Shown piece by piece: positions 13,930 through 26,482 of a DNA stretch of 64,000 nt (position 1 is the first letter of the stretch; each line of letters starts with the position of its first letter). The notes under the pieces are model-generated. The model made no database searches. It had not been told where the DNA came from and worked only from the letters and a program-made list of their open reading frames with translations. The position numbers and the translations under genes were made by a program. Origin of the DNA: Mobula hypostoma (taxonomy: Eukaryota); assembly GCF_963921235.1 (NCBI RefSeq), contig NC_086097.1, positions 1,054,001 through 1,118,000 of the forward strand, read 5' to 3'.

Positions 13930-15460
13930 GGGCTCCACTCACCCCCATACCCCTAGAGTCCACCCCACTCACACCCATAACCCCAAATCCATCACACTCA
14001 TCCTCATACCACTGGATCCATCACACTCACCCCAACACCCCAGGGTTCGACACCACTTGCCCCATGCTAGTCACCTCAACTCAGATCCACCCAATACTCC
14101 TGGAATTCACCTCACTTACCCCAACACCTCCAGGGTCTACCCCACTCACCCAAACACCCCTGGGATCCATTCCACTCATTCCAACACTCCTGGGATTCAT
14201 CCCACATCCCAACACCCGAGATCCACCCCAACACGTCCAGGATCCACCCTGCTCACTCTAACATGTCTGGGATCCAGGCCATTCACCCCAACGTCCCTGG
14301 GCTACACCCCACTGGGATTGACCCCACTCATCCCAAAACCTCTAGAATCCACCCCACTCACTCCAACATTGCTGGGATCCACACTACACCACCAATACCC
14401 CTTGGATCCACCCCACTCACCCCGAACACGTCTGGGATCCACCCTGTTACCACCAACACCCCAAGATTCCACACCACTCGTCCCAACACCCTGGGATCCA
14501 CCCTACTCACCCCCAACGCCCGCGATCCACTCTATTCGCTCCAAAACCTGATGTCCATGCGACACTTCTGGGACTCACCCCACTCATTCCAGCACTCCTG
14601 AGATCAATCCCATTTAACACAAGCACCTAAGCACACCAGGAATCCAAACCACTAACGCTAACAACCCTGGGATCTGCCCCGTTCACTCCAACATGCTTGG
14701 GTTCCAAACCACTTACACCAACATCCCTGGGATACACCAGTCATCCCCAACACACCTGGAATCTACCACACTCAACAAAACATCTCTGGGATCACCTGAC
14801 TCAACCCCAGTGCCAATGGGATCAACCCCACACTCCAACATCTGCACTCACGCCAAAAGCCCCTGCACTCCACCCCATTCATCCCAGCCTCCCAGGATCC
14901 ACCCACTCACCGAAATATGCTGGGGAACAACCCCATTCATCCACCCATGTACACCGGGGAACAACCCCACTCACCCAAACTCACCGGGTAACAACCCCAC
15001 TCACCCAAACTCACTGGGGAACAACCCCAATCACCCACCCAAGTACACCGGGGAACAACCCCACTCACCCACCCAAACACGTTGGGGAACAACCCCAATC
15101 ACCCATCCAAACATACCAGGGAACATCCCCACACATCGGGGAACAAAGGAACAACCCCAATCACCCACCCAAACACGTCGGGGAACAACCCCAATCACCC
15201 ACCCAAACACACCGGGGAACAACCCCACACATCGGGGAACAACCCCAATCACCCACCCAAACACACCGGGGAACAACCCCACACATCGGGGAACAACCCC
15301 AATCACCCACACAAACACACCCGGGAACAACCCCAATCATCCACACAAACACATCGGGGAACAACCTCAATCACCCACACAAACATACCAGGGAACAACC
15401 CCAATCACCCACCCAAACACATCGGGGAACAACCCCAATCACCCACCCAAACACACCGGG
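13930..15460. repeat. C/A-rich minisatellite, ~30-35 bp units (ggatccaccccactcaccccaacacc; gggaacaaccccaatcacccacccaaacacacc)
   Basis: Visible tandem units, degenerate on the left and more homogeneous from ~14920. Confidence 0.92.
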
Positions 15461-16615
15461 TGCCACATATGAGGCTACTTAACAAGAGCCCATGGAATTA
15501 CGGGAAAGTTACATACGTGGATAAAGCGTTGGCTGATTGGCAGGAAAAAGAATGGGAATAAAGGGATCCTATTCTGGTTGGCTGCCGGTTACCAGTGGTG
15601 TTCCACAGGGGTCCATGTTGGGGCCGCTTCTTTTTACATTGTACATCAACGATTTGGATTATGGAATAAATGGCTTTGTGGCTAGTTTGCTGATGATACG
15701 AAGATAGGTGGAGGGGCCGGTAGTGCTGAGGAAACAGAGAGTCTGCAGAGAGACTTGGATAGATTGGAAGAATGGGCAAAGAAGTGGCAAATGAAATACA
15801 ATGTTGCAAAGTGTATGGTTATGCACTTTGGCAGAAGAAATAAATGGGCAGACTATTATTTAAATGGGGAAAGAATTCAAAGTTCTGAGATGCAACGGGA
15901 CTTGGGAGTCCTCGTACAGGATACACTTAAGGTTAACCTCCAGGTTTAGTCGGTAGTGAAGAAGGCGAATGCAATGTTGGCATTCATTTCTAGAGGAATA
16001 GAGTATTGGAGCAGGGATGTGATGTTGAGGCTCTATAAGGCACTGGTGAGACCTCACTTGGAGTATTGTGGGCAGTTTTGGTCTCCTTATTTAAGAAAGC
16101 ATGTGCTGACATTGGAGAGGGTACAGACAAGATTCACTAGAATGATTCCGGGAATGAGAGGGTTAACATATGAGGAACGTTTGTCCGCTCTTGGACTGTA
16201 TTCCTTGGAGTTTAGAAGAATGAGGGGAGATCTCATAGAAACATTTTGAATGTTGAAAGGCATGGACAGAGTGGATATGGCAAAGTTGTTTCCCATGATG
16301 GGGGAGTCTAGTACAAGAGGGCATGACTTAAGGATTGAAGGGCGCCCATTCAGAACAGAAATGCGAAGAAATTTTTTTAGTCAGAGGGTGGTGAATCTAT
16401 GGAATTTGTTGCCACGGGCAGCAGTGGAGGCCAAGTCATTGGGTGTATTTAAGGCAGAGATTGATGGGTGTCTGAGTAGCCAGGACATCAAAGGTTATGG
16501 TGAGAAGACGGGGGAGTGGGACTAAATGGGAGAATGGATCAGCTCATGATAAAATGGCGGAGCAGACTCGATGGGCCGAATGGCCGACTTCTGCTCCTTT
16601 GTCTGATGGTCTTAT
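15461..16615 (+). mobile_element. 5'-truncated CR1 inserted within the minisatellite
   Basis: VPHMRLLNK, SGVPQGS, LVRPHLEYCGQFW, 3' UTR ending ggtcttat; the repeat resumes at 16616. Confidence 0.93.
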
Positions 16616-19065
16616 GGAACAACCCCACTCACCCAAACACACTGGGGAACAACCCCACTCACCCACCCAAACACACCAGGGAACAACCCCAATCACCAAA
16701 ACACACTGGGGAACATCCCCACACCCCCAACATACCGGGGAACAACCCCACACACCCCAACGCACCGGGGAACAACCCCACACACCTCAACACACCGGGG
16801 AACAACACCACACACCCCAACGCACTGGGGAACAACCCCACACACCCCAACACACCGGGGAACAACACCAACAACTGAAACAAACCGGAGAACAATCCCT
16901 CTTGCCCAAACACACCTGGGAACAACCCCACTCACTGGGGAACAAACCCACATACCCCAACACATCGGGGAACAACCCCAGACAACCAAACACACAGGGG
17001 AACAACCCCACTAACCCAAACACAGCGGGGAACAACCCCACTCACCCAAACACCCAAACACACCGGGGAACAAACCCATTCACCACCCCCACTCACCCAA
17101 ACACACTGGGGAACAACCCCATTCACCCAAACAAACTGGGGAACAACCTCAATCACCCCCAACACTTCTGGGATCCACCCCACTCACCCTCAACACCTCC
17201 GGGATCTACCCCATTTTCCCCTGAGATCCACCCCACTCACCCCTAACACTTCTAGGATCTATCCAACTCTCCCCTAACACCTCTGGGATCCACCCCACTC
17301 ACCCCTAACACCACTAGGATCTACCCCACTCTCCCCTAACACCTCTGGGATCTACCCCACTCTCCCCTAACACGAGGATCTACCCCACTCTCCCCAACAC
17401 CTCTGGGATCCACCCCACTACCCCTAACCACTGGTATCTGCCCCAATCTCCCCTGAGATCCAGCCAATTCAATACAACATGCCTGGGATCCACCCCTTCA
17501 CCCAAACACCCTGGTATTCACCTCACTCACACCCAACATCCCTTGGATTCACCACATTCACCCCAATAGCCACCCCAATATCCACCCCACTCACTCCAGC
17601 ACTCCTGGAATCCACCACATTCATCCCAACAACCCTGGGATCCACCACAGCACCCCCAGGATCCATCCTGCTCACTCCTGGGATCCACCGCACTCATCCC
17701 AACACCCCTAGGATCCACTCCAACAAAACTAACAGTCAGACACTTCAACAAATGTGCTAAACAGCCTGGGTTCCACTCACTCCCAACAGCACTGGGATAT
17801 ATGCCACTCCCCCCACCCCAAAAACACCCCCCAGGATCAACCACAATCACCCCAATGCCCCCAGATCTCACTCACAAAAAAAAGTCAGACACTTCAACAA
17901 ATGCACTAAGCAGCTTGGGCACCACTCACCGCCAACACCTTTTGGATTCACCTCACTTACCCCAATGCCCCTGGGATGCACCCCACTCACCCCAATGCCC
18001 CTGTGGCGCACCCCACTCACCCCAATGCCCCTGGGATGCACCCCACTCACCCCAATGCCCCCAGGGGCACACCCCACTCACCCCAATGCCCCTGGGATGC
18101 ACCCCACTCACCCAATGCCCCCGGGGTGTACCCCACTCACCCCAATGCCCCCGGGGCACACCCCACTCACCCCAATGCCCCTGGGATGCACCCCACTCAC
18201 CCAATGCCCCCGGGATGCACCCCACTCACCCAATGCCCCCAGGGGCACACCCCACTCACCCCAATGCCCCTGGGATGCACCCCACTCACCCAATGCCCCC
18301 GGGGTGTACCCCACTCACCCCAATGCCCCCGGGGCACACCCCACTCACCCCAATGCCCCTGGGATGCACCCCACTCACCCAATGCCCCCGGGATGCACCC
18401 CACTCACCCAATGCCCCCGGGGTGCACCCCATTCACTCCAATGCTCCCGGGATGCACCCCATTCACCCCAATGCCCCCGGGATGTACCCCACTCACCCCA
18501 ACACCTTTTGGATTCACCCCACTCACCCCAATGCCCCTGGGATGCACCCCACTCACCCCAATGCCCCCTGGGATGCACCCCACTCACCCAATGCCCCCGG
18601 GGCGCACCCCACTCACCCAATGCTCCTGGGGCGCACCCCACTCACCCCAATGCCCCTGGGATGCACCCCACTCACCCCAATGCCCCCGGGATGCACCCCA
18701 CTCACCCCAATGCCCCCGGGACACACCCCACTCAGCCCGATGCCCCCAGGATGCACCCCACTCACCCAATGCCCCCGGGGCACACCCCACTCACCCCAAT
18801 GCCCCTGGGATGCACCTCATTCACCCCAATGCCCCTGGGATGCACCCCACTCACCCAATGCCCCCGGGGCGCACCCCACTCACCCAATGCCCCCGGGGCG
18901 CACCCCACTCACCCCAATGCCCCTGGGATGCACCCCACTCACCCCAATGCCCCGGGGCGCACCCCACTCACCCCAATGCCCCTGGGATACACCCCACTCA
19001 CCGCAATGCCCCCGGGATGCACCCCACTCACCCAATGCCCCGGGGATGCACCCCACTCAGCCTGA
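16616..19065. repeat. Continuation of the minisatellite; 17945-19065 is a homogeneous 29-31 bp array (caccccactcaccccaatgcccctgggatg)
   Basis: Direct inspection; roughly 37 units in the homogeneous block. Confidence 0.95.
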
Positions 19066-19151
19066 TGCATCTACAGAGGAATAAACAGACAATGTTTTTG
19101 GTTGAGACCCTTCAACTGGATTCATGGTATCACTTATCAAGCCAGGCCTAC

Positions 19152-19224
19152 CTGCAGTTGTCCCTTGGTCAAGTCTCGTATTTATCAAGCATGCAATGAA
19201 CTTGTTGTCCACCTGACTAAGGAC
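19152..19224 (-). CDS. MLH3: MLH3 coding exon (human exon 6 equivalent), 73 nt: VLSQVDNKFIACLINTRLDQGTTA(G)
   Basis: Acceptor gtgttttttag, donor gtaggc, phase 0/1; QVDNKFI marks the start of the MutL C-terminal domain; 126-nt intron from the previous exon. Confidence 0.96.
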
Positions 19225-19350
19225 CTAAAAAACACAGATATTACAGAGCTATAGCAAGGTTCAGGGATAATCTGAGGAAATGTCTCCACAGTTCCCTGAT
19301 TTATTAAATGTATGGCACTTACCCAAATTACCTCTTATCCCTGCTCTCAC

Positions 19351-19455
19351 CTGCATTGAACTGATCATGTCCTTTGTAAAACGGTAGGGATACAATACAT
19401 TGTGAATCTTCACTGCCAAATTGTCAGCTTGCTCACTGCTAACATCAACAGCAAC
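19351..19455 (-). CDS. MLH3: MLH3 coding exon (human exon 5 equivalent), 105 nt: VAVDVSSEQADNLAVKIHNVLYPYRFTKDMISSMQ
   Basis: Acceptor attccag, donor gtgaga, phase 0/0; strongly conserved MLH3 peptide. Confidence 0.96.
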
Positions 19456-19919
19456 CTGGAATACCACCACATGTGAAAAGATTTACATATCACACTCTGG
19501 AACCAGATGAACCTTTGAGAACTCTAGACACACTGATTTTCCATTATTACTCACTGTTTCTTTCATAAAGAGTTTACCTGACTTTGTCAGACATTATTTT
19601 GTTTACAATTAAACACTGATGAGCATTTTCATTGCTTCGCTAGTTTTTACAGATTAGAAATTGCTAAGCTAATATCTTCATGGGTGGAATGGCCTGTACA
19701 ATACTGTGTGTTCTATCTATGTAAATCAGGAAGTGTCAATGTACATGCAGGAAAAGACCTATTCAGAAGATGTTTGGCTTTCATAGAAGTTTTTGATTGG
19801 AAGATAAAGTGAATCCAATTAATATATTTACTTAGAATTTTGGAGCCTTAAAATAGCTACAATGTATTAACAATGAAATTGGGCAGTTAAATATCATATT
19901 CTGTCTTTCCAAAACAAAA

Positions 19920-20345
19920 AGTTCAAAAGTAAAAGTACATATATGCCACCGTATACAACCTGGAAGTTCATTTTCTTGCGGGCATACTCAATAAATCCAA
20001 TAACCATAATAGAACCAATGAAAGACCACACCAAACTGGGCATTCAACCAGTGTGGAAAAAAAAAACAGATTGTTCAAATATAAAAAGAAAGAAATAATA
20101 ATAGTAAATAAATAAGCAATAAATATGGAGAATGTGAGATGTAGAATCCTTGAAAGTGAGTCCATAGTTTGTAGGAACAGTTCAGTGATGGTGCAAGTGA
20201 GTTATCCCCTTCGGTTCAAGAGCCTGATGGTTGAGGGGTAATAACTGCTTCTGAACCTGTTGGTGAGAGTCCTGTGGCTCCTGTATCTTCTTCCTGATGG
20301 CAGCAGCAAGAAGAAAGCACGTTTGAGGTGGTGGGGGTCACTGAA
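19920..20345 (-). mobile_element. Rex1-like LINE 3' end fragment
   Basis: Reverse complement shows the ctgccatcaggaagaag...caggttcagaagcagttattacccctcaaccatcagg terminal-ORF pattern, similar to 12680-12760. Confidence 0.55.
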
Positions 20346-20679
20346 ATCACTTGATTTATGAAAGGAACATGATCGTAGAAAACATTTCTCTAAGATCTCA
20401 GAAATCTAAACAGGGTACATCAATTGAGTTATGACATATATTGGTAGTGTATTCCTTTGCAGAGAGAGTGGCATAATGGTGATGTCATCTGCCAACCTGT
20501 GGATGGTGTAAGAACATTCTTGAGTGTGTAGGAGTCTGAGGACACAGCCTTGTGAGACACCAGTGTTGAGCATAATCATGGACAAGATGTTGCTGCATAC
20601 TGTAGTTCATAAGTCAGGAAGTCAAGGATCCAAGCTGATGTCAACTCCCTGGCCATACGCACACCTCTGGAGCATCTCC

Positions 20680-23600
20680 ATAAGACCACAAGACAAAGGA
20701 GCAGAAGTCGGCCATTCGGCCCATCGAGTCTGCTCCGCCATTTTATCATGAGCTGATCCATTCTCCCATTTAGTCCCACTCTCCCGCCTTCTCACCATAA
20801 CCTTTGATGTCCTGGCTACTCAGATACCTATTAATCTCTGCCTTAAATACACCCAGTGACTTGGCCTCCACTGCTGCCCGTGGCAACAAATTCCATAGAT
20901 TCACCAACCTCTGACTAAAAAAATTTCTTCGCATTTCTGTTCTGAATGGGCGCCCTTCAATCCTTAAGTCATGCCCTCTTGTACTAGACTCCCCCATCAT
21001 GGGAAACAACTTTGCCACATCCACTCTGTCCATGCCTTTCAACATTCGAAATGTTTCTATGAGGTCTCCCCTCATTCTTCTAAACTCCAAGGAATACAGT
21101 CTAAGAGCGGACAAACGTTCCTCATATGTTAACCCTCTCATTCCCGGAATCATTCTAGTGAATCTTCTCTGTACCCTCTCCAACATCAGCACATGCTTTC
21201 TTAAATAAGGAGACCAAAACTGCCCACAGTACTCCAAGTGAGGTCTCACCAGTGCCTTACAGAGCCTCAACATCACATCCCTGCACATCCTTTTAAAAAA
21301 GGAGGGAGAGAGAAACCGGGGAATTATAGACCGGTTGGCCTAACGTCGGTGGTGGGGAAACTGCTGGAGTCAGTTATCAAAGATGTGATAACAGCACATT
21401 TGGAAAGCGGTGAAATCATCGGACAAAGTCAGCATGGATTTGTGAAAGGAAAATCATGTCTGACGAATCTCATAGAATTTTTTGAGGATGTAACTAGTAG
21501 AGTGGATAGGGGAGAACCAGTGGATGTGGTATATTTGGATTTTCAAAAGGCTTTTGACAAGGTCCCACACAGGAGATTAGTGTGCAAACTTAAAGCACAC
21601 GGTATTGGGGGTAAGGTATTGATGTGGATAGAGAACTGGTTAGCAGACAGGAAGCAAAGAGTGGGAATAAACGGGACCTTTTCAGAATGGCAGGCGGTGA
21701 CTAGTGGGGTACCACAAGGCTCAGTGCTGGGACCCCAGTAGTTTACAATATATATTAATGACTTGGATGAGGGAATTAAATGCAGCATCTCCAAGTTTGC
21801 GGATGACACGAAGCTGGGTGGCAGTGTTAGCTGTGAGGAGGATGCTAAGGGGATGCAGAGTGACTTGGATAGGTTGGGTGAGTGGGCAAATTCATGGCAG
21901 ATGCAATTTAATATGGATAAATGTGAAATTATCTACTTTGGTGGGAAAAATAGGAAAACAGATTATTATCTGAATGGTGGCCGATTAGGAAAAGGAGAGG
22001 TGCAACGAGACCTGGGTGTCATTATACACCAGTCATTGAAAGTGGGCATGCAGGTACAGCAGGCGGTGAAAAAGGCGAATGGTATGCTGGCATTTATAGC
22101 GAGAGGATTCGAGTACAGGAGCAGGGAGGTACTACTGCAGTTGTACAAGGCCTTGGTGAGACCACACCTGGAGTATTGTGTGCAGTTTTGGTCCCCTAAT
22201 CTGAGGAAAGACATCCTTGCCATAGAGGGAGTACAAAGAAGGTTCACCAGATTGATTCCTGGGATGGCAGGACTTTCATATGAAGAAAGACTGGATGAAC
22301 TGGGCTTGTACTCGTTGGAATTTAGAAGATTGAGGGGGGATCTGATTGAAACGTATAAAATCCTAAAGGGATTGGACAGGCTAGATGCAGGAAGATTGTT
22401 CCCGATGTTGGGGAAGTCCAGAACGAGGGGTCACAGTTTGAGGATAAAGGGGAAGCCTTTTAGGACCGAGATTAGGAAAAACTTCTTCACACAGAGAGTG
22501 GTGAATCTGTGGAATTCTCTGCCACAGGAAACAGTTGAGACCAGTTCATTGGCTATATTTAAGAGGGAGTTAGATATGGCCCTTGTGGCTACGGGGATCA
22601 GGGGGTATGGAGGGAAGGCTGGTGCAGGGTTCTGAGTTGGATGATCAGCCATGATCATAATAAATGGTGGTGCAGGCTTGAAGGGCCGAATGGCCTACTC
22701 CTGCACCTATTTTCTATGTTTCTATGCTCCTATACTCTATTCCTCTAGAAATGAATGCCAACATTGCATTCGCCTTCTTCACCACCGACTCATCCTGGAG
22801 GTTAACCTTAAGGGAATCCTGTACGAGGACTCCCAAGTCCCGTTGCATCTCAAAACTTTGAATTCTTTCCCCATTTAAATAATAGTCTGCCCGTTTATTT
22901 CTTCTGCCAAAGTGCATAACCATACACTTTCCAACATTGTATTTCATTTGCCATTTCTTTGCCCGTTCTTCCAATCTATCCAAGTCTCTCTGCAGACTCT
23001 CCGTTTCCTCAGCACTACCGGCCCCTCCACCTATCTTCATATCATCAACAAACTTAGCCACAAAGCCATCTATTCCATAATCCAAATCGTTGATGTACAA
23101 TGTTAAAAGAAGCGGCCCCAACATGGACCCCTGTGGAACACCACTGGTAACTGGCAGCCAACCAGAATAGGATCCCTTTATTCCCACTCTCTGTTTCCTG
23201 CCAATCAGCCAACGCTCTATCCACGTATGTAACTTTCCCGTAATTCCATGGGCTCTTACCTTGTTAAGTAGTCTCATGTGTGGCACCTTGTCAGAGGCCT
23301 TCCGAAAATCCAAATATACAACATCCACTGCATCTCTCTTCTCTAACCTACTTGTAATTTCCTCAAAAAATTGTAATAGGTTTGTCAGGCAGGATTTTCC
23401 TTTAAGGAATCCATGCTGAGTTCTGCCTATCTTGTCATATGCCTCATCCTCATCCTTGACAATCGACTCCAACAACTTCTCATCTTCAGATGTCAAGCTA
23501 ACAGGTCTATAATTTCCTTTTTGCTTCCTTGCCCCCTTCTTAAATAGCGGAGTGACATTTGCAATCTTCCACTCCTCCGGAACCGTGCCAGAATCTGTCA

Positions 23601-23745
23601 ACTTTTGAAAGATCATCGCTAATGCCTCCGCAATCTCCACAGCTACTTCCTTCAGAACACGAGGGTACATTCCAACTAGCCCTTCCGATCCTATATCACC
23701 TCTTTCTAAAGATTTAGTATCATTTCTTACCAATAAAGCCACGCC
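20680..23745 (-). mobile_element. CR1 (same subfamily as 15461-16615), internally deleted and split by another CR1
   Basis: 3' part at 20680-21284, upstream part at 22726-23745; an APE fragment (ALLVRND...GDIGSE) is fused directly to the RT region. Confidence 0.92.
21285..22725 (+). mobile_element. 5'-truncated CR1 nested antisense inside the previous CR1
   Basis: FKKGGREKPGNYRPV, YLDFQKAFDKVPH, KFADDTK; one stop at ~21739; tail ctattttctatgtttctat. Confidence 0.93.
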
Positions 23746-24399
23746 TCAACAGTAATGACACCAAACAACACACATAAAATGCTAGAGGAACTCAGCAGGT
23801 CAGGCAGAATCTTGGAGGGAGAAGAACAGTCATCAGGACTTCTGTTTATGATTACAGTTTTGCCTTCAATACCATAATTCCAAGCAAACTCATCTCCAAA
23901 CTCTTAAACCTGGGACTCAACACTTCACTTTGCAATTGGATCCTTGATGAGTTTGGATAGGATGCTTGGCACATAGATGACAGAAAAATCGAGGGGCATT
24001 TAGGAGGGAAGGGTTAGATGGATCTTCAAGTAGGTTATAAGGTCCTGTAGTGTTCTATGATCTATGTTCTATGATTGTGTGGAAGGCCAAGCAGCAGTCG
24101 ATGAACAACACCCTGACATACAAGTTCTTATGCTCCATCGCAGTGGAAGAGCCAGAGAAATCACATCTGCTGTTGACCTGTTGTGATAGTAGGCAAACGA
24201 GAGTGGATCCATTTGATCAAGGTCTCAATGTATTCTCAGATAACCTTTTTCACTCTGCTGTACCACCTGGGAATTTAAAACCATTCCATCCCAGTAATGT
24301 CCAATACCCTTTGTTTATTAATGACAATTTCTTTGATGCCCTCTTGACTGACCTATAGTTCCAGTGGTCCAATCAGTGGTGGGAGCAGAGTACAGCCAC

Positions 24400-26482
24400 A
24401 ACGTTCCTCACAGGTCTGTGACACTTGTTTAAAAGGAGAGCTTCGTGAGCATTCAGCTCATTTCGGCGGCCCAAACAATAGCAGGAACCAATCACAGCAA
24501 ATTAAATAAAAGTACAGAAGGGACAAGTGGAGTGGCCATTGTTGGGAGTAGGCCAGTGGTGAGAGTAGGAGTGACATTCTTTGGCTCTGGGTAAGCTTCT
24601 GTTAAGGTTCAATTTCTTCCTCTTTCTGTACCGAGTGTAGTAAATGACCATTGTGCTCTTCATGCTGGATGTTGGGATTCCTAGTGTCTCCCAGGGAACT
24701 ACATCTGCATGAAGTGCTTCCAGCTGGAGCTCCTTGAAGACCGGTTTAGGGATCTGAAGCAACAGCTGGATGACCTTCGGCTTGTACGGGAGATTGAGGA
24801 GATAATCAATCACAGTTACAGGGAAGTAGTCACTCCTAATTTGCAGGAGGTGAGTAGCTGGATGACCGTCAGGAGAAATGTGAGATAGACAGTTAGTGCA
24901 GAGCACCCCTGTGGCTATTCACCTCAATAACAAGTATACCGTTTCGGATACCGTTGTGGGGGATGACCTCTCAGAGAATACTAAAGAGACCAGGTTACTG
25001 GCACTGAGCACGGGTCCATGGTACAAAAGGGAAAGAGGGAGCAGAGGGGAGCAGTAGTGATTAGGGACTCAGTTGTCACCCCAGCAGCAGACAGGAGATT
25101 CTGTGGATGTGAACGCGACACGTGGATGGTATGTTGCCTCCCAGGAGCCACGGTCAGGAACATCTCAGATTGCATCCACGACATTTTGGAGAGGGAGGGA
25201 CAGCACCCAGATGTCTTGGTACATATCTGTACCCAAGACATAAGAAGGAAAAACAAAGAGGTCCTGAAGCTAGAATTTACAGAGCTAGGCAGAAAGCTGA
25301 GAAGCAGAACCTCATGGATAATAATTTCTCGATTGCTTCATGCCACATGCCAGTGAGGGTAGAAACAGGATAATTCGGCAGATAGATGCATGGCTGAGAA
25401 GCTGGTGCAGTGGACAAGATTTCATGTTCTTGGATCAGTGGGATCTCTTCCAAGGGAGGTATCACTGGTAGAAAAGTGACAGGTTTCACCTGAACCCGAG
25501 GGGGACCAATATTCTCAAAGGCAAGTTTGCTAGGGCTGTTGAGGAGGGTTTAAATTAATTTAGCAGGGGGGTGGGAACCAGAGTGGAGGGACTCAGGATT
25601 AGGATGGATGGTAAAAAGCAAAGATAGCATGCAGTCAGACTGTCAGGAAGGGCAGGCAGATGGTAGGACAAAATTACAGTCAGCAGGATGAGTATCAGTG
25701 CATTGGAGATGCAGAATCAAAAAGTATAGCAAATACAACACTCAAAGTGTTATATCTCAATGCACAGAGTACAAGAAATAAGGTGGATGATCTTATTGCA
25801 CTATTACAGATTGTCAGGCATGATGCTGTGGCCATCACTGAATCATGGCTGAAGGATGGTTGTAGTTGGGAGCTGAATGTCCAAGGTTATGCAGTGTAAC
25901 AGAAGGATAGGAAGGTTGGCAGAGGCGGTGACGTGGTTCTGCTGGTGAAGAATGGCATCGTATCAGTAGAAAGATACGACATAGGATGAGAAGATGTTCA
26001 ATTCTTGTGGGTTCAGTTAAGGAACTGCAAGGGTAAAAGGATCCTGATGGCAGTTATATATACACACCTCCCAAAAGTAGCTTGGATGGGGACCACAGAT
26101 GACAATGGGAAACAGAAAAGACGAGTCAAAAGGGCAATGTTATGATAGTCATAGGAGATTTTAACATGCAGGTTGATTGGGAAAACAGGTTGATAATGGA
26201 TCTCAAGACAGTGAGTTTGTTGAATGCCTAGGAGATGGCTTTTTAGAGCAGTTTGTCATTGAGCATACTAGGAGATCAGCTATACTGGACTGGGTGTGTT
26301 GTAATGAAGCGGAGACGACTAGAGAGCTGAAGGTAAAAGAACCCTTAGGAACCAGTGATCACAATATGATTGAGTTCAACTTGAAATTTGATAGGGAGAA
26401 CGTAAAGTCTGACATAGCAGTATTTCAGTGGAGTAAAGGAAATTAGTGGTATGAGAGAGGAGTTGGCCAAAGTAAATTGGAA
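24400..26482 (+). mobile_element. Old CR1 5' half: ORF1 (Zn finger, coiled coil, SGNH esterase) and APE; apparently continues at 30386-30923 and 36301-37770
   Basis: AVVIRDS, CCLPGATVRNI, VLVHICTQD, LKVLYLNAQS, EPLGTSDHNMIEF. Confidence 0.85.

Noticed and set aside
14693..17246. 250-260 aa repetitive ORFs
   Set aside because: Same satellite artefact.
13930..19065. CRISPR-like regular ~30-bp periodicity
   Set aside because: Units are contiguous with no unique spacers, there are no cas genes, and the context is vertebrate.
17801..19199. Long plus-strand ORFs of 427, 366 and 407 aa (Pro/His/Thr-rich)
   Set aside because: By-products of a stop-free minisatellite open in all three frames; antisense within an MLH3 intron.
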